From contig JAJFFF010000043.1 of assembly GCA_021776785.1 (NCBI GenBank), positions 4,196 through 68,195 of the forward strand: DNA of 64,000 bases. The letters are read 5' to 3'. Shown here one piece after another: positions 20,342-28,621 of this stretch. The notes under the pieces are model-generated. The model saw only the letters and a program-made list of their open reading frames with translations. It was not told the origin of the DNA and ran no database searches. This DNA comes from Planctomycetota bacterium. GTDB taxonomy: Bacteria; Planctomycetota; PLA2. Both the position numbers and the translations under genes were made by a program. Each line of letters begins with the position of its first letter. Positions within the stretch are counted from its first letter, which is position 1.

Positions 20342-20968
20342 GTGAGCGCATCCAGCAAGGGCCGACGACATGTGCTGTTGACCGATCTGGATGGTGTCCT
20401 GCGTCACTGGGATCCTGCGTATCAGCGCGCGGCCGAGCGCGCCGGTGGCCTGCCGCGCGACGCTGTCCGGAATGCGGCGTTTGCGCCGGACCTTCTCTTG
20501 CCCGCCGTACGCGGCGAGGTCAGCGATGATGCTTGGCGCGCGAATGTCGTCGAACGGCTCCAGCAGACGCACCCGGCGTGTGACGCCGCGGCGGCGGTGG
20601 CTACGTGGTCGGAACCGGTCGGTCGCATCGATCCGGACGTGGCCGCACTCCTGCAACGTGTGCGATCCCGGCACGTTGTCGTCCTCGTGACAAACGCGAC
20701 GACGCGCCTAGCCCAAGACCTCACCGCCGTCGGGGCGCAGGACGCATTCGATCACATCATCAACTCCGCTGATGTGGGCTGCGAAAAGCCGCGCCCCGCG
20801 ATCTACCAGGCAGCGCTGCGCGCGGCCGGAGTCGAAGCCGCATCGGCGGTCTTTGTCGACGACACGGAAGCGAATGTGCGCGGCGCGCAGCAGCTTGGAC
20901 TCGCGGGTCACCTGTTTCAGGGCGCGGCGGGCATGCAGGCGTTCTTGCAGCACCACGGACTCGGCTAG
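20342..20968 (+). CDS. HAD-superfamily hydrolase (haloacid dehalogenase-like phosphatase)
   Basis: Motif I DLDGVL near the N-terminus (VLLTDLDGVLRHW), motif III K (GCEKPRPAIY) and motif IV (VFVDDTEANVRGA). Confidence 0.8.
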   Translation: MSASSKGRRHVLLTDLDGVLRHWDPAYQRAAERAGGLPRDAVRNAAFAPDLLLPAVRGEVSDDAWRANVVERLQQTHPACDAAAAVATWSEPVGRIDPDVAALLQRVRSRHVVVLVTNATTRLAQDLTAVGAQDAFDHIINSADVGCEKPRPAIYQAALRAAGVEAASAVFVDDTEANVRGAQQLGLAGHLFQGAAGMQAFLQHHGLG

Positions 20969-21027
20969 CACGACAGCATCCATGCGCTTCGACGCGCGCT
21001 GCCCTTCGTCTTTTCTTATCGGTAGTG

Positions 21028-22362
21028 CTAGGTACGTGACCAGTCGCGCGTGCGCGCGTCGATCCAGTCGCCCAACGCGTCGATTTTGACGCGCACCTGC
21101 TCCATCGTGTCACGATCGCGCAGCGTGACGGTGTCGTCTTCGAGCGTCTGGCCGTCCACGGTCGCACAAAACGGCGTTCCGATTTCGTCCTGACGGCGAT
21201 AGCGGCGACCGATCGCGCCGCCTTGATCGTACGTACACGGGAAGCGGTCGAGATACCGCTTCATGATCTCGCGCGCCTTTTCCGGCATGCCCTCTTTTTT
21301 GACGAGCGGGAAAACAGCGAGCGTGATCGGCGCGATGCGCGGGTGGAAATGCAGGACGTTGCGGGTGTCGCCGCTTTCCAAGGTTTCGTCGTCGTACGCA
21401 TCAAGGAGCGCGACGAGCACGATCCGCGACAGGCCGGCGGCCGGCTCCACAACGTGCGGGACGATCCACTCCTTGGTCTGCGGATCCATCCACGCGAGTT
21501 TTTTGCCGGTCGCTTCGGCATGCTTGGTGAGGTCGTAGTCGGTGCGGTAGGCCACGCCTTCCAATTCGCCCCAACCTGCCGGGTACATGTACTCGATGTC
21601 GGTGCAAGCCTTCGCATAGTGCGCGAGATCTTTCGGGTCGATCACTTCACCGCGGATGTTTTCATCCTGAATGCCGATCGAACGGTACCAATCGAGCCGT
21701 TCCTTCACCCAGTACGCGTGCGTTTCCATGCCCTCTTCGGGGCGGCAGAAGTACTCCATCTCCATCTGCTCAAATTCGCGCGTTCGGAAGATGAAGTTTC
21801 CGGTCACGATCTCGTTGCGAAATGACTTCCCGATCTGGCCGACGCCGAACGGCAGCTTCAAACGCATCGACTGCTGGATGTTTAAGAAGTTGGTGAAGAT
21901 GCCCTGCGCCGTTTCCGGACGGAGATACGAAATGTTGCCGTCAACGGGGCCCACCTGCGTCTGAAACATCATGTTGAACTGACGCGGCTCGGTGAGATCG
22001 CAGGCATCGTGCTGGCCCACGCACTTGGACGGCTTGTTGGGGCACGGCGACTCTTCGAGTTGGTCCGCGCGGAAGCGTCCCTTGCACGCCTTGCAATCGA
22101 TCAGAGGATCGTTGAAACCGCCGACGTGGCCCGAGGCCTCCCAAACACGCGGCGATTGAATGATGGCGGAGTCCAACCCCACAACATCTTCACGCGCGAG
22201 CACGGTGTCGCGCCACCACGCATCCGCGATGCGCCGTTTGAGCTCCACGCCCAGCGGTCCGTAGTCCCACGTCGACTCGAAGCCGCCGTAGATCTCGCTC
22301 GCTTGAAAAACAAAGCCACGCCGCTTACAGAGCGACGTCAAAACATCAAGTGTGACCACCAT
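21028..22362 (-). CDS. glyQS: Glycine--tRNA ligase (dimeric class II GlyRS)
   Basis: Start at ATG 22362 (MVVTLDVLTSLCKRRGFVFQASEIYGGFESTWDYGPLG). Class II aaRS motifs (FRNEI...RTREFEQMEMEYF) and a C-terminal anticodon-binding domain. Confidence 0.9.
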   Translation of the reverse strand: MVVTLDVLTSLCKRRGFVFQASEIYGGFESTWDYGPLGVELKRRIADAWWRDTVLAREDVVGLDSAIIQSPRVWEASGHVGGFNDPLIDCKACKGRFRADQLEESPCPNKPSKCVGQHDACDLTEPRQFNMMFQTQVGPVDGNISYLRPETAQGIFTNFLNIQQSMRLKLPFGVGQIGKSFRNEIVTGNFIFRTREFEQMEMEYFCRPEEGMETHAYWVKERLDWYRSIGIQDENIRGEVIDPKDLAHYAKACTDIEYMYPAGWGELEGVAYRTDYDLTKHAEATGKKLAWMDPQTKEWIVPHVVEPAAGLSRIVLVALLDAYDDETLESGDTRNVLHFHPRIAPITLAVFPLVKKEGMPEKAREIMKRYLDRFPCTYDQGGAIGRRYRRQDEIGTPFCATVDGQTLEDDTVTLRDRDTMEQVRVKIDALGDWIDARTRDWSRT

Positions 22363-22496
22363 AGCGAGCGTAGGGTACCGCGCCGCTCCCGACGGTTCCG
22401 CCTTTTTGAACGGGCTCTGTTTTAAAACTCCCCGGGGTTTGACCGGCTGCGGCGGTTCGTTCGCCCTTCGCATGACGGCGAGCTTTGAAGAGGAGC

Positions 22497-22895
22497 CTAA
22501 GGCGCCATCGCGCGCACCATTTCCGCGGTGTCAGATATCTGCCGGAACCGGATGATCTTGCCGTCCGCCAGATCGTAGACGTGAGCAAACACCGACGTCA
22601 TGGAGAGCCCGGTGGTCGCGTGGGTCCCGCTGTAGCGCCCGAGAACGACGATTGTCGATCCGCCGTCGATGATCTCGTCGATGGGGGCCGCAAAGTCGCG
22701 CCACTCGGTGCGAAGTCCGCCAAAGACCTTGTCGAGGACTTCATCGACGCCGTGGCGGTGGTCCCCACCAGGAAAACCTGCGCATTGGATCCATTCGACG
22801 TCGGGCGCCAAGAGGGCGCGCGCACGGTCCGCGTCGCGCGCTGCAAACGCTTCGTAGAGCGCGCGCACGCCGTCAACGTTGCTCGAATTCGACAT
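22497..22895 (-). CDS. SnoaL-like / NTF2-fold protein (ketosteroid-isomerase-like)
   Basis: Start at ATG 22895 (MSNSSNVDGVRALYEAFAARD). 132 aa with typical NTF2-like layout (LLAPDVEWIQ...GKIIRFRQISDTAEM). Confidence 0.6.
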   Translation of the reverse strand: MSNSSNVDGVRALYEAFAARDADRARALLAPDVEWIQCAGFPGGDHRHGVDEVLDKVFGGLRTEWRDFAAPIDEIIDGGSTIVVLGRYSGTHATTGLSMTSVFAHVYDLADGKIIRFRQISDTAEMVRAMAP

Positions 22896-22922
22896 GCCCA
22901 CCAGTGTAGGAGACGGGAGGGG

Positions 22923-22963
22923 GCCCAAAAAAAGAGCGAGCCGCCGGTGGGGATCCGGCGGCT
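22923..22963 (-). terminator. Rho-independent terminator candidate on the minus strand (11-bp perfect stem, 7-nt loop, T7 run)
   Basis: Plus strand reads cccaaaaaaagagcgagccgccggtggggatccggcggctcg. On the minus strand the stem cgagccgccgg/ccggcggctcg is followed by tctttttttggg. It lies upstream of the SnoaL-like gene start within a 368-bp lower-GC intergenic region. Confidence 0.45.
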
Positions 22964-23263
22964 CGCGAAGGCATCGTGAGTTGGAATGTGTTGGGCCCGG
23001 CTGGGAGGACCGGTGGGATGCCCAACGATTTAGCAAGCGGACAAGCGAGTCTAGATATTCCGCAAGAAGGAATACTGCACGTCGCTAGGTATGCAAACGC
23101 GAGTTCCGTTATTTGTTACGAGTTTTTCGCGCCGCGCCCGCCCCTGGCCAGTTAGCATCGACGGAAGTTCCTCGCCGAACAGGGTTTGAGTCGTGTTGTC
23201 TCAGGATTAGACAGTTGTCTCGCATCGCCCATCGGTTCGGCAAGGCGCAGGGTCCCAGGGGAG

Positions 23264-25978
23264 ATGACTAGAAAAAAGCGTCAGTGGTTTGTCGTGCTGC
23301 TCTTGCTCGTCGGCGCCGTCCTGATGATGACGGCGCTGTTCGCAGAGCCGGACTGGGCGCTCGAAGTCGGTCGCACCCGGCAACAGGCGGCCGGTTCGAT
23401 GGGCGAAGCGTCCCGGGCCAAGGCAACGACCGAACCCACGACTGAAAAGGCGCCTGACGAAGACGTCGTCCTCGCGCACCCGGAAAAAGTCGTCCCCGAA
23501 CTTCCTCCGTACGGCGACAAGAGCCTGTCGCGCGAAGTTTCGATCCGCGGCCGCGTGATCGACGCCGAAGGCAAACCGGTACCCGATGCGATTGTGACAG
23601 CGAGCTACCGCGACACGTTGCAGCGCCCCTACGCCGCCGTCACGGCGAGTCGCGTGCGCACCGAATCCGACGGGACGTTTGTGTTGGGCCCGCTGGACCG
23701 GCGCAACTTCTCGGTGCTCGCGATGAAAAGCGATGTCGGGGCGGCGTTGATCGGCAATCAAATGCCCGGCGCGTACGTTGAGCTCGCGTTGGCCCCCGGC
23801 GCGAAACTGCGCGGCAAGATCACCGATGGTGAGTCCGGCGAGCCGGTCGTCGGGGCCACAGTCGTGTTGCGCGACTGGACGATGTATCTAAGTGTCGCGA
23901 CGGACGCGAAGGGCGAGTACCAATTCGGCCCGGTTCCGCCGACGATTCATACGTGGTCCGGTCTAGCGATGATCGTGGTGGCCGATGGCTACAAACCCGC
24001 GGCGCGGACCAACATGATCCTGCGCAACAAGCAGGACGACGAACTGAACTTTCAGCTGACCAAGGGCGCGACGTTGACCGGCAAAGTGTTGGATGCCCAA
24101 ACGCTGCAACCGATCTCTGGCGCTATCGTTGCGGACGGGTGGCAGCCCTATGACCGCGACGTGGAGGCCGGCGAGGACGGAACCTACGCGCTTTCCGACG
24201 TGGACACGGCTCCGAACTTAACGTTCGTTGTTCGGGCCAAGGGTTACTTGCCCCAAACGCGTCAAAGCGACGGCTCGGGCACGCTCAACTTTTCGCTCGA
24301 TGCTTCGATCGTCGTGAGCGGCAAAGTGCTGACGCTGACCGACCAGCCCGTTCCGAATGCGCGCGTGTACTTGCACCGCTTGAAGTACGCGCCCGGATTC
24401 CAGCCGACCGGCAACTCGCGGCAGCAGTGGTTCACAACCGCGAACGCGAGCGGCGAGTTCGAGTTCACTGACGTGTTGCCCGGCCAGGTCGCCGTTATCG
24501 GTTTCGGCAAGAAGCAGGCGCCCGGCGAGTTCGGTCCGATCCAAGTTCCCACCGGCGGGCCCGCGCCTGAGCCCGTGACCATCAACCTCAAAGAGGGCGT
24601 CACGGTGGAAGGCGAAGTGCGCGACCTACAAGACAACCCGTTGCCCGGCATTCGCGTGTCGCTCCAGCGCGGTTGGGGACGAATCTCGGGCTACAAGTGG
24701 GCGACCAATTACATCTGGTCCGAGATTCCGACCTGGTACACCGACGAAAAGGGCAAGTTCAAGCTCGAGGGCTCGATGCCCGGTCAGCTTTGGCTCAACG
24801 CGTGGCACAACACGTACGGGTGGACGGGCACCAGCATCAAGGGCACGGAGGGGCAACGCGTCACGGACGTGATCATCTCGTTCGCGGGATCCTCGATCTC
24901 AGGTGTGTTCTTAAACGCCGACGGCGAACCGGTGCCCGGCGCCAACGTGCAGGCGCGCGGTCCAAAGAACACGCCCAAGCCGATGTGGCGCTGGACGCAA
25001 ACCGACGGGCTTGGACGGTTCAAACTCGGCGGCTTAAAAGACGGGGCGTACGACATCAACGGGTGGTCGAGTATGGGCAACCCAGAACAGCTCAAAGACA
25101 TCCCGGCGGGAAGCGGCGCGATCGAGCTCAAGCTCAAGCGCTCGCAAACACTGCGGGGGAGTGTGACGAGCGTCTTGTCGGGCCGCGCGCTCGATCGATT
25201 CACCGTCAGCATTCAGCCCGCCCGCAAGAACGGTCGCCGCACGCGCGGCACGAGCTGGAGCGGCGAGCTGCGGACACCGGACGGCAAGTTCGATCGCTCC
25301 GTGATGCCGGGTACGTACGCCGTCACGGTGAAAGCGCGTGGGCATGCGCCGCGCGTGTTCAACAACATCGTGGTCGAACAAAACATCGAGCCGCAGGAGG
25401 TGTTCGCGACGCTTGAGCCCGGTGGCGGCATCAAGGGCGTCATCAAAGACGCCGAAGGCAAGCCGTTGCGCTCCACGTGGGTGCGGGCCAGCATTTATCG
25501 CGCGCCGGGCGAAAAGCCCGGGGCGAGCGACTGGCTGCTCGGTGGTGGCGACCAGTCCGACAGCGAAGGGCGCTACTTCATGGAAGGGTTGGCGCCGGGA
25601 ACGTACATGATCCAGCTCAACCTGGGCAGCCGCGGCTCCGCGCAGGCTCAGATCACCGTCAGCGGTACCGAGATGGCGATTCAGAACCTGCAGTTGCTGC
25701 CGACGGGCAAGATCGTGATTCGCGTCACCGACGATCAGGGCAAGCCGCTCGCGGGTGTGTACTTCCAGCTCCGCGACGCGACGACGAGCCAGTACCGCGG
25801 CTGGGTGCGCACATCCAAGGCCGACGGGGTTTCCGTGTCGGGCCCGTTGCCGATGGGGCGCGTTGCGGTCACGGCGACGCATGCGGCGCGCAAGTACGTG
25901 GCGGACAAGTTTGAAGTCGACATCCCGGCTGGGGACACGGTCACGGTCGATGTGCAGATGCGCAAAAAAGACGCGTAG
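23264..25978 (+). CDS. Membrane-anchored protein with multiple carboxypeptidase-regulatory-like (CarbopepD_reg) beta-sandwich repeats
   Basis: Start at ATG 23264 (MTRKKRQWFVVLLLLVGAVLMMTALFA). About 8 repeats of the pattern G.V.DA.G.PV..A.V.......T.(S/A)DG.F.L. 904 aa. Confidence 0.7.
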   Translation: MTRKKRQWFVVLLLLVGAVLMMTALFAEPDWALEVGRTRQQAAGSMGEASRAKATTEPTTEKAPDEDVVLAHPEKVVPELPPYGDKSLSREVSIRGRVIDAEGKPVPDAIVTASYRDTLQRPYAAVTASRVRTESDGTFVLGPLDRRNFSVLAMKSDVGAALIGNQMPGAYVELALAPGAKLRGKITDGESGEPVVGATVVLRDWTMYLSVATDAKGEYQFGPVPPTIHTWSGLAMIVVADGYKPAARTNMILRNKQDDELNFQLTKGATLTGKVLDAQTLQPISGAIVADGWQPYDRDVEAGEDGTYALSDVDTAPNLTFVVRAKGYLPQTRQSDGSGTLNFSLDASIVVSGKVLTLTDQPVPNARVYLHRLKYAPGFQPTGNSRQQWFTTANASGEFEFTDVLPGQVAVIGFGKKQAPGEFGPIQVPTGGPAPEPVTINLKEGVTVEGEVRDLQDNPLPGIRVSLQRGWGRISGYKWATNYIWSEIPTWYTDEKGKFKLEGSMPGQLWLNAWHNTYGWTGTSIKGTEGQRVTDVIISFAGSSISGVFLNADGEPVPGANVQARGPKNTPKPMWRWTQTDGLGRFKLGGLKDGAYDINGWSSMGNPEQLKDIPAGSGAIELKLKRSQTLRGSVTSVLSGRALDRFTVSIQPARKNGRRTRGTSWSGELRTPDGKFDRSVMPGTYAVTVKARGHAPRVFNNIVVEQNIEPQEVFATLEPGGGIKGVIKDAEGKPLRSTWVRASIYRAPGEKPGASDWLLGGGDQSDSEGRYFMEGLAPGTYMIQLNLGSRGSAQAQITVSGTEMAIQNLQLLPTGKIVIRVTDDQGKPLAGVYFQLRDATTSQYRGWVRTSKADGVSVSGPLPMGRVAVTATHAARKYVADKFEVDIPAGDTVTVDVQMRKKDA

Positions 25979-25998
25979 GGACAGCCGCGGAAATCGCG

Positions 25999-26277
25999 CT
26001 ACGGCGCGCGCTCGGCGTACTTGCGCACCGCCTGCTCAAGATCGATGCCGCGCAACGAGGCGAGGCTGACGAGCCACGCCGCGACGTCGCCGAACTCTTC
26101 TTCCAAGTTTTCGCGGTCGTCGCGGTGCAGCGCGCGTGCGAGTTCGCCGACTTCTTCGATGAACCAGACAAACGTCTTTTCCCAGCCGCGCGCGTTGTCT
26201 TTTTCGAAGTAGAGGCGTTCGATGTGTTGTTGAAACGCCTTCAGGCCTGCGCCCGGACTCGGCCCGTCGTGCGTCAC
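25999..26277 (-). CDS. MazG-like nucleotide pyrophosphohydrolase domain protein (small, single-domain)
   Basis: GTG start overlapping the TGA stop of the upstream phosphatase (GTGA at 26274-26277). About 92 aa with a MazG/NTP-PPase EExxE-type helical motif (FQQHIERLYFEKDNARGWEKTFVWFIEEVGELARALHRDDRENLEEEFGDVAAWL). Confidence 0.5.
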   Translation of the reverse strand: MTHDGPSPGAGLKAFQQHIERLYFEKDNARGWEKTFVWFIEEVGELARALHRDDRENLEEEFGDVAAWLVSLASLRGIDLEQAVRKYAERAP

Positions 26278-27932
26278 TTCATCCGCTTCAACGTGCAGAT
26301 CGTGATGTCGTCGTTTTGCTCGGCCTCGCCGACAAACTTGTCGACGCCCGCCGCAATGAAGTTCACAAACGCGGCGCTGTTCATCGCGCCCTGGCGCCGG
26401 ATCGCATCGAGGAAGCGCTGCTCGCCGTAGGATTCGCCGCCCTCTTGTTGCGCTGCGATCACGCCGTCGGTGTAGAGAACGATGCGGTCGTTCTTCGCCA
26501 GCGTGAATTTTTTCTCTTCCATCGTCTTGTTGAAGACGGGGCCGACGTCCAACCCGAGTGCGATTCCGCTGGGGTTGATCGTCGCGGTTTTTCCTTGGCG
26601 CCACATCACGATGGGCCGGTGTCCCGCCGATGCGGCGATGACTTCGTGCGTGGACGTATCGACCACGACCGCGAGCGCCGTTACGGCCATGCCGGATTTC
26701 AGATCGCGGGCCAGGCGGCGGTTCACGGACCGCAGCCAGTCCGCCGGGCTCGTTTCCCCGTCGATGGCCGCTCGTAGGTACGCGCGTGTCATCGCCATCA
26801 CCATCGCCGCCGGGACGCCGCGTAGGCTCTCGGAGCAATCGGCAATCAGAAGCGCGACGCGTTTCTCGTCGAGCTCGATGTAGTCGTAGTAGTCGCCGCC
26901 GATGTCGCGTCCTGCGCGGAACAGCGTTTCGAGTTCGTAGCCCAACACGCGCGGCGGATCGGACGGACGCAGGCTCTCGTGGATCTGACTTGCCGTATCC
27001 AACTCTTTCTCGATCGCTTCGTCGAGGTCGCCCGAACCGGTCTGCTGGATCAGTTGCAGGTTCTTCACCATGCGGTCGGCGGTGCGCTGCGCAAGCGCCA
27101 CCTCACCGGCGCCGTTGGTTTGAACGCGCACGTCGAAGCGTCCGCGTCCGATCGTGTCGAGATCGCGCGCGAGCGTCTTGATGCCGTCCACAAACTTCAT
27201 CGCGTACATGAGGAACAGGCCGACGCCGATCGCCACGAGGAGCGGCGTGATGAACAACCACGAACCGGGTCCGCTCTTACCGACGAGCGCGGACTTCGCG
27301 ATGATCACGTACGCATTTCCGACGGTCTTGCCGTAGACGTTTTTGTAGGCGCGGTGGTAGACGCGCGCCGGGAACGTTCCGCCCGCGGGCTGTCCCGCCG
27401 TCATGTCGGCCACACTGACGTTGTTCAGAAGTTGCCGCCCCGTCGCAAACGCGCTCGTGTCGATGCGCGCGCCGATGTTGTGATCCGACATCACCTTGGG
27501 GTCGAGCGAGACAACCGCCAGGCCGACGAACGCGCCGTTGTTGAAGAGATCGGCGACGTTGTCGAGCCGATCCTTGTTGCGCGCCATCATGCGCCCGTCG
27601 CGCATCTGCTTGTTTTTTTTGCCCTTGTCCGTGAACTCGCCCAGCTCGACGGACTTGTAATACCTCTCAAGCGTGGCCCGCGCCTCTTTCGTCGTGCCGA
27701 AGTCCTTGTGCCACGTCGACGGATCGGAAGACGTGAGCACACTCACCAAACCGGCGCCGACCGAGTCCGCGATCTGGCTGCCGCTGTCGTCTTTCGTATT
27801 GCCGGCCATGAACGCGCCGATCACGCCGCCGATGACGGCGATGAGGCTCCCGAGTAGGGCTACGGCCATCAGGCCCGCGCCGTTGGAGCGCGGGGGAGGA
27901 GACGATCGTTCGCGAGTGCGGGACTTGGCCAT
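26274..27932 (-). CDS. Membrane sensor with HAMP domain and PP2C-type (SpoIIE/RsbU-like) serine phosphatase domain
   Basis: N-terminal TM (LMAVALLGSLIAVIGGVIGAFMAG), a periplasmic region, a second TM then HAMP (IGRGRFDVRVQTNGAGEVALAQRTADRMVKNLQ). C-terminal PP2C motifs RDIGGDYYDYI, LLIADCSES and VLYTDGV. Confidence 0.8.
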   Translation of the reverse strand: MAKSRTRERSSPPPRSNGAGLMAVALLGSLIAVIGGVIGAFMAGNTKDDSGSQIADSVGAGLVSVLTSSDPSTWHKDFGTTKEARATLERYYKSVELGEFTDKGKKNKQMRDGRMMARNKDRLDNVADLFNNGAFVGLAVVSLDPKVMSDHNIGARIDTSAFATGRQLLNNVSVADMTAGQPAGGTFPARVYHRAYKNVYGKTVGNAYVIIAKSALVGKSGPGSWLFITPLLVAIGVGLFLMYAMKFVDGIKTLARDLDTIGRGRFDVRVQTNGAGEVALAQRTADRMVKNLQLIQQTGSGDLDEAIEKELDTASQIHESLRPSDPPRVLGYELETLFRAGRDIGGDYYDYIELDEKRVALLIADCSESLRGVPAAMVMAMTRAYLRAAIDGETSPADWLRSVNRRLARDLKSGMAVTALAVVVDTSTHEVIAASAGHRPIVMWRQGKTATINPSGIALGLDVGPVFNKTMEEKKFTLAKNDRIVLYTDGVIAAQQEGGESYGEQRFLDAIRRQGAMNSAAFVNFIAAGVDKFVGEAEQNDDITICTLKRMK

Positions 27933-27996
27933 CGAAGCGGAATCCTATGATCCAGCGCTGCAACCGACAAGCTGAGAAGCCGATTCGCGGCCGAAA

Positions 27997-28572
27997 TCAG
28001 GCTTCGCCAAGCTCGGCGAGGGCCCGCTGAGCGGCGCGGATGTATTGCAGGGCGCTGTAGACCGAGATAAACGCGGTGGCCCACAAGGTGATCGTGGCGA
28101 CCCACCACACCCACGCAAACGAGTGGCCCGGGTAAAAGACGATGGCGCCGCAGTAGATCGCTTGGGTCACGAGCTTAAATTTGCCCTCCCAACTCGCCCC
28201 GAACCGCACGCCGCGGCCCTCGAGGAAGCTGCGGAGGCCGGAGACGAGAAATTCCCGGCCCAAAACGACGAGCACGATCCAGGGCGGGACCAATTGGGTG
28301 GTTTGGGGCAGCGATAGGCCGAGCACCAAGATGCCGCAGATGAGGAACTTGTCGGCAAACGGGTCGGCGATCCGCCCGAAAGCGGTGATTTGTCCGCGGG
28401 AGCGAGCGAGGTAGCCGTCGAGGCTATCGCTCAAGATCGTGACCATGTAGATCGCGAATGCGCCATACCAGATCCATCCATCGGCGGCACCGCGACACCA
28501 CACATCAAGAATGCTGAAGAGGATGGTCGCCAAGACGAGGCGACCGACGGTGATTTGATTGGGAAGGTTCAA
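27997..28572 (-). CDS. pgsA: CDP-diacylglycerol--glycerol-3-phosphate 3-phosphatidyltransferase
   Basis: CDP-alcohol phosphatidyltransferase signature DGYLAR...G...DPFADK (SDSLDGYLARSRGQITAFGRIADPFADKFL). 191 aa with multiple TM helices. Confidence 0.85.
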   Translation of the reverse strand: MNLPNQITVGRLVLATILFSILDVWCRGAADGWIWYGAFAIYMVTILSDSLDGYLARSRGQITAFGRIADPFADKFLICGILVLGLSLPQTTQLVPPWIVLVVLGREFLVSGLRSFLEGRGVRFGASWEGKFKLVTQAIYCGAIVFYPGHSFAWVWWVATITLWATAFISVYSALQYIRAAQRALAELGEA

Positions 28573-28621
28573 CGCGCCCGAACGTGCTTTCTAGGACGCG
28601 CTACTGTACCGACGGCCCGCG

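Noticed and set aside
20960-21030. Possible intrinsic terminator between convergent HAD hydrolase and glyQS (gcgcttcgacgcgcgc followed by a T-rich stretch)
   Set aside because: The stem is only 4-5 bp and poorly defined, and the T-tract is interrupted. Not convincing without folding energy.
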